Part shown: piece by piece, positions 57,894 to 64,000 of the stretch
How positions within the stretch are numbered: the first letter of the stretch is position 1
Layout: the number at the start of each line of letters is the position of its first letter
From: Planctomycetota bacterium
GTDB lineage: Bacteria > Planctomycetota > Planctomycetia > JALXBF01
Direction of reading: 5' to 3'
Length of the DNA: 64,000 nucleotides
NCBI GenBank assembly: GCA_026991575.1
Contig: JALXBF010000006.1
Location: 6,402-70,401, forward strand
The notes under the pieces: generated by a model
Database searches by the model: none
Seen by the model: the letters and a program-made list of their open reading frames with translations, nothing else
What the model was told of the DNA's origin: nothing
Translations under genes and position numbers: made by a program

Positions 57894-58700
57894 ATGCCCA
57901 AGAGCCAACGAGTCACCGTTCACGCACTCCGCAGCATGAAGGAAGCGGGCAAGAAGATCGCCATGCTCACGGCGTACGACTACTACACGGCCCGTCTGCT
58001 GGATGAAGCCGGGGTCGACGTGCTCCTGGTGGGCGACACGGTCGGCATGGCATTTGCTGGTCACGAGACCACGCTCGGAGTGCGACTGCAACATATCGTG
58101 TATCACGCCGAGATTGTGTCGCGCGCTGCGCGGCGGGCCATGGTCGTAGCCGACATGCCGTTTCTCACCTACCAGCTCACGATCGAGACCGCCGTGGAAA
58201 ACGCCGGCCGTCTGATCCAGGATGGCAAAGCCCATGCGGTTAAGCTCGAAGGAGGACGCGCTATGGTGCCGGTCATTAAGCGAATCCTGCGCGCCGGCAT
58301 CCCAGTGATGGGGCACATCGGTCTGACGCCGCAGGCAGTGCACCGCTTCGGGGGCTTCCGCGTTCAGGGCAAAGACCCCGAGTCCGCGATGCGACTGAAG
58401 GAAGCGGCCAAGGCCCTGGAGGAGGCAGGCTGCTTTGCGATTGTGCTCGAGGCGATCCCGCGTCGGTTGGCAGCCGAAATCACCGAACAGCTTCAGATTC
58501 CTACGATCGGCATCGGCGCGGGCCCGGATTGCGACGGCCAGGTGCTGGTCACTCCGGACATGCTCGGTCTAACCGGCTTCACCGCCCGTTACCTCAAGCA
58601 CTATGCATCACTGCGCGATGTCATCCGTGAGGCAGCGCGCCGGTACGTGGACGAGGTAAAACAGGGACTGTTCCCCGGCCCCGAGCACTGCTACGAATAG
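57894..58700 (+). CDS. panB: 3-methyl-2-oxobutanoate hydroxymethyltransferase
   Basis: MLTAYD, LVGDT, ADMPF, VKLEGG, GHIGLTPQ, IGIGAGPDCDGQVLV. Start at ATG 57894. Confidence 0.97.
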   Translation: MPKSQRVTVHALRSMKEAGKKIAMLTAYDYYTARLLDEAGVDVLLVGDTVGMAFAGHETTLGVRLQHIVYHAEIVSRAARRAMVVADMPFLTYQLTIETAVENAGRLIQDGKAHAVKLEGGRAMVPVIKRILRAGIPVMGHIGLTPQAVHRFGGFRVQGKDPESAMRLKEAAKALEEAGCFAIVLEAIPRRLAAEITEQLQIPTIGIGAGPDCDGQVLVTPDMLGLTGFTARYLKHYASLRDVIREAARRYVDEVKQGLFPGPEHCYE

Positions 58701-58890
58701 GCCAGCAGCGGCCCGGATCGCACGCGCAATAAGCTCAACCCCCCAAGAACCCGCTTCGCCTCATTATCCCGATCCGCCATCCTGGCCGATCATGAGCATC
58801 GAACGCACGCCGGGTCATGCGAACCGCTGATAGAGACAACCGGCCGTGCTGAGGTCACCACGCGGGGTCGCCAGGAGCAGACAGCCTCGG

Positions 58891-60969
58891 CTACCGCCCC
58901 GTTAGTTCCGCGACCAGAGAATCCGCGTGATAGATCGTCCGGAGCGCTTCCAGCATGCCGTGAGCATGCACTGCGATGGCTCGCGCGCGCTGGTCGGTGT
59001 ACGCATAGTCGAACGATAGGCTGTAGATGTTGCCGTCGAAAATCAGCCCCACGAGCTGCGCGTCACGGTTGACCACAGGGCTACCAGAATTGCCGCCGAT
59101 GATGTCAGCCGTGGAAACGAAGTTCAGTGGCGTCTCCAAGTTGAGCCGATCGCGAGCCCGGTGCCAGCTTTCTGGCAACAGCCACGGTTCGCGCCTTCCG
59201 TGCCGTTGCTCGTGGCGGAACGCACCCGCAAACGTTGTCCACGGCGCAATCCGCTTGCCGGCTTCTTCATAGCCGGCGATCACCCCAAAGGAGAGCCGAA
59301 GAGTGAACGTGGCATCCGGGTAGACGTTGGTACCGTAGATGGCAAACCGGGCGTCTGCGATGCGCGCGTATGCCTCGCGTTCGGGCTCCTCCACCTCCGT
59401 CTCGTACCGCTGCCGCACGGCACGGGCACGGGGATCAACGATCAGAGCAAGCCGAATCATCGGATCGTCCGATTGCTGGATCGCCTTCAGGCCGCCCGCA
59501 GCCAGCTTCTTGCGGTACTGAACGTCAGCCAGCCGCGTGCCGTGGACCAGTTCATAGGCTCGCTGCCGTGGGCTCTTGCCCTGTAGCACCTGCACCACAA
59601 ACGGGTCATCCATGCCGTAGGACTCGGCCAGCAGAGACAGCCCGTCGGCCAGCTTGGTCTGCTCGAGATCCGCGTAGATTGGAGCCGGCGAGTACAGCTC
59701 CTGCTCCAGGCGCGGCCGCTGGGTGTCACGGTATTCGCGGAGCCGCTCTTCGTTCGGTTTCTGATCCTCGGCAGCCATACGCACCAGGATGCGTGCGATA
59801 CGGAACAGCCGGGAACGAAACGCATAGCCGCGCTCAAGTAGCAGATAGTCCACCATGATCTGCCGATGGACCTCTTGAGCCTGGCGGATCTGGCGGTAAG
59901 CATCGAGTGCGGCAGCCAGCTCGGTGCGCCGCCGGATCTCTGACAGCAGCCTCTCCTCCTGCTCGGCCTTCCGCTTGAGAATGGCAGGATCCTGCAGGGC
60001 AGCGAGCATACCGGTATATGCCTTGCGTGCGTTCTGAATGCCGAACAGCTCGTCCCGCGCCCGTCGTTCTTGTTCGATCCCCTCGTAGCTGTACTGCTGC
60101 AGCAGGATCTCCCAGCGGCGGAGCAGATTCAGAACGAATGGATGGCGGTGGTCGCGCAGGAAAGCCAGCGCATCGAGTGTCAGTTGTCGGCTCGTGCGGC
60201 CGGGATTGCCGGAGACAAAGACCAGCTCTCCTTCATGGGGCGGACGCGGTGACCAGCGGAGGTAGTGCTCGGGACGGTACGGTTTGCCGTCCTTGTACAC
60301 TCGGAACAGCGCCATGTCCAGGCAGTAGCGTGGGTATTCGAAGTTGTCCGGGTCGCCTCCGAAGAAGGCAGCGTCCTTCTCCGGGGCAAACACCAGGCGG
60401 ACATCGGTGTAGCGGTGATACTGGTAGAGGTGGTACTCCTTGCCCCGGTACAGAGTAACCACCTGGCTGAACAGCCCGCTGTCACGGGTAGCCTCTTGCT
60501 CAATGCGGGCGATGACCGCCTGACGCGCCCGGAACGCTTCGGCCGGTGACATCCCCGGCCGAACGGCCGATTGGACCTGATCGGTAACGTCGGTGATCTT
60601 GACCAACTGCAGTAGCTCCAGGTCCGGTGCCCGTAGCTCCTCTTCCCGGCTCCTTGCCAGGAACCCGTCCCTCAGCAGATCCCGCTCAGGCGTCGACAGC
60701 TTCTGCAGCGTGTCGGCGGCCACGTGGTGGTTGGTCAACACCAGCCCGTCTGGCGACACGAACGAGCCGCTTCCGCCGGAGGAGAACCGGACGGACGCCT
60801 TCATGACATGCTCAGCCCACTGCTTCGAGATGCGGATGCCGTATTTCTGATAGAGGTAGTCGTTAGGGAGACGGTTGAACGGCCACATGCCCTCGTCGCC
60901 GTGGCTAGACGGTGCTCCAACAGAGGCTACTAGAATGAAAACGAGCCAGGCACCCAGACGAAGCGGCAT
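58891..60969 (-). CDS. S46 family dipeptidyl peptidase (DPP7/DAP BII-like)
   Basis: Signal peptide then DEGMW; GSFVSPDGLVLTNHH; DNFEYPR; DIIGGNSGSPV; FDGN (Gly at the S1 position, as in DPP7, rather than the Arg of DPP11). Confidence 0.93.
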   Translation of the reverse strand: MPLRLGAWLVFILVASVGAPSSHGDEGMWPFNRLPNDYLYQKYGIRISKQWAEHVMKASVRFSSGGSGSFVSPDGLVLTNHHVAADTLQKLSTPERDLLRDGFLARSREEELRAPDLELLQLVKITDVTDQVQSAVRPGMSPAEAFRARQAVIARIEQEATRDSGLFSQVVTLYRGKEYHLYQYHRYTDVRLVFAPEKDAAFFGGDPDNFEYPRYCLDMALFRVYKDGKPYRPEHYLRWSPRPPHEGELVFVSGNPGRTSRQLTLDALAFLRDHRHPFVLNLLRRWEILLQQYSYEGIEQERRARDELFGIQNARKAYTGMLAALQDPAILKRKAEQEERLLSEIRRRTELAAALDAYRQIRQAQEVHRQIMVDYLLLERGYAFRSRLFRIARILVRMAAEDQKPNEERLREYRDTQRPRLEQELYSPAPIYADLEQTKLADGLSLLAESYGMDDPFVVQVLQGKSPRQRAYELVHGTRLADVQYRKKLAAGGLKAIQQSDDPMIRLALIVDPRARAVRQRYETEVEEPEREAYARIADARFAIYGTNVYPDATFTLRLSFGVIAGYEEAGKRIAPWTTFAGAFRHEQRHGRREPWLLPESWHRARDRLNLETPLNFVSTADIIGGNSGSPVVNRDAQLVGLIFDGNIYSLSFDYAYTDQRARAIAVHAHGMLEALRTIYHADSLVAELTGR

Positions 60970-61100
60970 CTCTACTCGGCAGCGCACGGGGCTCCTCCAC
61001 TGTCGCCGATGCCACAAGGAACGAACCACTCGGTGAAGAGATTCTACGGAACGGTCCTACAGCCTGGCGGTCCCATGGGAGCGGACAGGACAAGGAGATC

Positions 61101-62063
61101 ATGACGCGGAGCTGGCTGATTGCCATTCCGATCGCACTGGGCACGGCCCTGTTGTTACTGACGCTTGGCGTTGCCATCGCGTGGCTGGTCGGTCACGTGC
61201 GGCCATCGCTTTTTGACCGTTTTCCGGTTTGGGGTCCGATCACCGTTGGCATCGCGTTCTTCCTGGTGGTTTCCGCCGGCATCGTGACCTACATGGTGTT
61301 GAGCTTGAAGGCGTGGAACCTGCATTTGAGGCAGTCGCGCTTCTTGGACGCCGTAACGCACGAGTTGAAGACACCGCTCGCATCGCTACGTCTGTACGTG
61401 GAGACGCTGCTGCGGCGGCCGCTGAGCGAGCAAGAGCAGCAGGAATTCTTCGGTGCAATGCTCGAAGAGATCGACCGGCTGGACGAGCTGACCGAGCAGC
61501 TCTTGGACGCAGCCCGTGCCGGGTCAGGTCGCTGGCGCGGGGCGCGCCGGCCGATCGCCGTAACCCCTGTGCTGGCCGACTGCGTGGCACGGTGCTATGC
61601 CCGGTACCGGCTGCCTGAGGATGCGATTCAGGTCGATGCGGAGCCGGTGGTGGTGGAAGGCTGGGAGGCCGCGTTGCGTTCGGTCCTGGACAACCTGTTG
61701 CAGAATGCGGTGAAGTACTCCGACGGCTCCCCGGAGATTACCGTGCGAGTGCGTGAGACGGCTCCGGGCACGGTCCGGGTGGAGGTCAAGGACAGGGGCC
61801 GTGGCGTGCCAGCTTACCTGGGCAAGCAAATCTACCGCAGATTCGTGCGGGGGGAGCGAACAAGCGACAGCAAGCGGCCAGGCACCGGGCTGGGCCTTTA
61901 CGTTGTCTGGAGCCTGATGCGTGCCATGAAGGGCCGTCTTGGCCACTACAACAACACTGATGGCCCAGGGGCAACATTCTACGTGGAGTTGCGTGGATGG
62001 CGGAGCGCGCGCGAATCCTCATCGTCGAAGACGAACGCTCGTTGCGACGACTGCTCACGCTGA
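61101..62063 (+). CDS. Sensor histidine kinase with two TM helices and a very short extracytoplasmic loop
   Basis: H-box DAVTHELKTPLAS, N-box NLLQNAVKYS, DRGRG, GTGLGL. Confidence 0.93.
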   Translation: MTRSWLIAIPIALGTALLLLTLGVAIAWLVGHVRPSLFDRFPVWGPITVGIAFFLVVSAGIVTYMVLSLKAWNLHLRQSRFLDAVTHELKTPLASLRLYVETLLRRPLSEQEQQEFFGAMLEEIDRLDELTEQLLDAARAGSGRWRGARRPIAVTPVLADCVARCYARYRLPEDAIQVDAEPVVVEGWEAALRSVLDNLLQNAVKYSDGSPEITVRVRETAPGTVRVEVKDRGRGVPAYLGKQIYRRFVRGERTSDSKRPGTGLGLYVVWSLMRAMKGRLGHYNNTDGPGATFYVELRGWRSARESSSSKTNARCDDCSR

Positions 62064-62725
62064 ACCTGGCCGCCGAAGGCTACGACGTACGTGCCGTCGC
62101 GTCCGCTGAGGAGGCCCTGGCACTCGTACAGGACGAGGGTTTTCGCGCGGACCTGGTCGTGCTGGACATCATGCTGCCCGGCATGGACGGCTACACGCTG
62201 TGCCAGCGGCTGCGAGCCGATGGCTTCGACCGTCCCATCATCATGCTGACAGCACGGTCGCTCAAGGATGACCGGATCCGAGGCTACGACAGCGGCGCTG
62301 ACGCCTATCTTGTGAAGCCCTTCGAACTGGACGAACTGCTCGCCGTCGTCCGTGCCCAACTGCGGCGTGCCCACGCGGTCATTCCGCCGGCGTCGCCGCC
62401 TGTGCTGCGCGGCAGGTATCGATTTGGCAATGCCGATGTCAATTTCGACACCTTCGAAGTCACGGTCGCCGGAGAGCCGCGCAAGCTGACGGCACTGGAA
62501 CTGCGGCTGCTGAAATACTTCCTCGACAACCCGGGCCGCGTGCTCAGCCGGGACGAACTGCTGCGCAACGTCTGGGGCGAAGAAGCGTACCCCAGCACGC
62601 GCACGGTGGACAATTTCGTGGCCCGGTTGCGGAAGCACTTCGAGCCGGACCCGTCCAACCCGCGGTATTTCCTGTCCATCCGGGGCGCAGGCTACAAGTT
62701 CGTCCCACCCGAGAGCCAGCGCTAG
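61997..62725 (+). CDS. OmpR/PhoB-family response regulator
   Basis: ILIVEDE, LDIMLPGMDG, MLTA, GADAYLVKPF, wHTH (LSRDELLRNVWG, TRTVDNFVARLRK, RGAGYKF). Confidence 0.96.
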   Translation: MAERARILIVEDERSLRRLLTLNLAAEGYDVRAVASAEEALALVQDEGFRADLVVLDIMLPGMDGYTLCQRLRADGFDRPIIMLTARSLKDDRIRGYDSGADAYLVKPFELDELLAVVRAQLRRAHAVIPPASPPVLRGRYRFGNADVNFDTFEVTVAGEPRKLTALELRLLKYFLDNPGRVLSRDELLRNVWGEEAYPSTRTVDNFVARLRKHFEPDPSNPRYFLSIRGAGYKFVPPESQR

Positions 62726-62827
62726 ACGAGCTCGGCCGTCTCGGTGCCGGCACCACTTATCCTCGGGCCGCGCAGGCTACGTTGCCCGCAATTGATCCCT
62801 GCAATCTCTGCCGTCCCATGTCGGTGC

Positions 62828-62894
62828 GCAGCCTCAGGTCCCATCAACGACCACACGCACAGGATGTTGCCCTACCAGCTCAGCCTGAGGCTGC
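62828..62894. repeat. 11-bp perfect inverted repeat in the convergent RR/addA intergenic region
   Basis: gcagcctcagg (62828-62838) and cctgaggctgc (62884-62894). Confidence 0.7.
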
Positions 62895-63005
62895 AATACA
62901 ACGAAAGCACCGAGCCGTGCGCGCACGGTAGCGCCCTCAACCAGCCCCCCCTGCCGGCACGCCCTGCCCTGTCGGCCTGCACCGGAAGCTAGTCGGCAGC
63001 GCAAG

Positions 63006-64000
63006 TCAAAGGCCATCAACCGACAACAAGTGGCCCGTCTCAGCCACCGCCAGGTAGGGCTCGATGCGGCGTCCGGGAAGCGCCTTGCGCACCGCCTCGA
63101 CATAAGCTAGCAGCTGAGGCCGGTATCGATCCAGCAACTCGTGCTCGGCACCCGGCCGGACAGCGTCGGTCTTGTAGTCGATCAAGATAACGACGCCTTC
63201 AGGCAACTCGATAAGTAGGTCGATAGTACCTTCGATCAACTCCTGGCCATTACCAGCACCATCGCAACGGCGGCTTGCCGCTACGGGCACTTCGGTGTGA
63301 GCCGTGCCGTTAGCAAGCCACTGCTCGAGCCGTTGGTTGGCAAGGACATTCCTGGCAAGTTCCAAGGCTCGCTCCGCCCGCTCGGCGGTCAACCCCCGGG
63401 CCTCGGCCCTTGCCTCCACCCACTGCCCCAACCGGCCCGCCAGATCAGCTGCAGAGACGCCTTGACCGACCGCCAACTGCAACAGTTCGTGCACAAGGGC
63501 ACCGACAGCGATTGCCGAGGCACCGTCTCCTGCCCCGTGGGGGCGCACTGAAGGTGGCCCCTCCGGGACCGCGCTCGCCTCAACCAGTTCGGACGGCCGA
63601 ATGATCCGCAGGCCAGAGCGCGACTTCTCGGTCACCTGTTCCGCACGCGTTTCCAGCTCCGATGCACGGGCCTGCAGTCGCCGGGCCCCTTCGCTGACCT
63701 CCTCCCGGCACAGGTCCTCCGGACGAACACGCGGATGCCGCTGCACACGCGGTGGCCTGCCCCATGCGCTCGTGTCGACGACCGTGGCCCGCATCTGCCG
63801 GGCTGCGGCGTGGATGTCACCCTTCAGTAGCTCGCGCCATTTTTCTGGCAAGTACTCCTGCATCGGCTTGCCGTTCCCTTTCTTATACGGCCAGTTCACG
63901 GGCAGGACCAAGAAGTCCTTTGCTCGTGTACAGGCCACGTATAACAAGCGGATCCTCTCGGCATTCAGTCGTCTTAGCTCGAGCTCCTCGGCAGCACGCC
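63006..64000 (-). CDS. addA: AddA/UvrD-type helicase-nuclease, C-terminal part (5' end outside the window)
   Basis: Frame stays open to the window edge: ERIRLLYVACTRAKD (helicase motif VI), GALVHELLQ, TEVP, GTIDLL, IDYKTD, YRPQLLAY (RecB-type nuclease). Confidence 0.85.
   Translation of the reverse strand, partial: RAAEELELRRLNAERIRLLYVACTRAKDFLVLPVNWPYKKGNGKPMQEYLPEKWRELLKGDIHAAARQMRATVVDTSAWGRPPRVQRHPRVRPEDLCREEVSEGARRLQARASELETRAEQVTEKSRSGLRIIRPSELVEASAVPEGPPSVRPHGAGDGASAIAVGALVHELLQLAVGQGVSAADLAGRLGQWVEARAEARGLTAERAERALELARNVLANQRLEQWLANGTAHTEVPVAASRRCDGAGNGQELIEGTIDLLIELPEGVVILIDYKTDAVRPGAEHELLDRYRPQLLAYVEAVRKALPGRRIEPYLAVAETGHLLSVDGL

Noticed and set aside
1-64000. CRISPR array, tRNA/rRNA, IS element, prophage or defence island
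   Set aside because: No spaced repeats, tRNA T-arm/acceptor patterns, transposase, integrase or phage motifs were seen by eye; tRNAscan, Infernal and ISEScan would be needed to exclude them fully.

Overview
GC-rich chromosomal segment, most likely from a member of the Planctomycetota (H4MPT-linked fhcA, a DUF1080 protein, a DUF6807-type protein, a G/F-rich BON protein and planctomycete-style conserved hypotheticals). It holds about 50 protein genes, mostly housekeeping or envelope related: GT2/flippase/AIR-synthase-like operon, fhcA, ispH, radical SAM, a SufR-led Fe-S operon (sufR-nuoB-sufC-sufB-sufD-Rieske-DUF59-uxaA), LysM, DUF72, pgi/rpe, fused otsAB, desaturase, ald-purE-mtnA, cls, pfpI, xylA, mgtC, ilvD, panB, an S46 peptidase, a two-component pair and a partial addA. 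I found no rRNA, tRNA, CRISPR array, transposase or integrase by eye. Three things stand out. (1) A 10-kb pair of translationally coupled giant membrane-protein genes appears to encode three tandem units of one architecture, with a signal-peptide-like segment inside the 2298-aa ORF (possible polyprotein). (2) An orphan complex I NuoB gene sits between sufR and sufC in a suf operon with no sufS/E/U/A. (3) An Ldh_2-family reductase lies between ilvD and panB and may replace PanE. Start codons were refined by eye from RBS and overlap evidence. All family calls come from motif recognition, not database searches.
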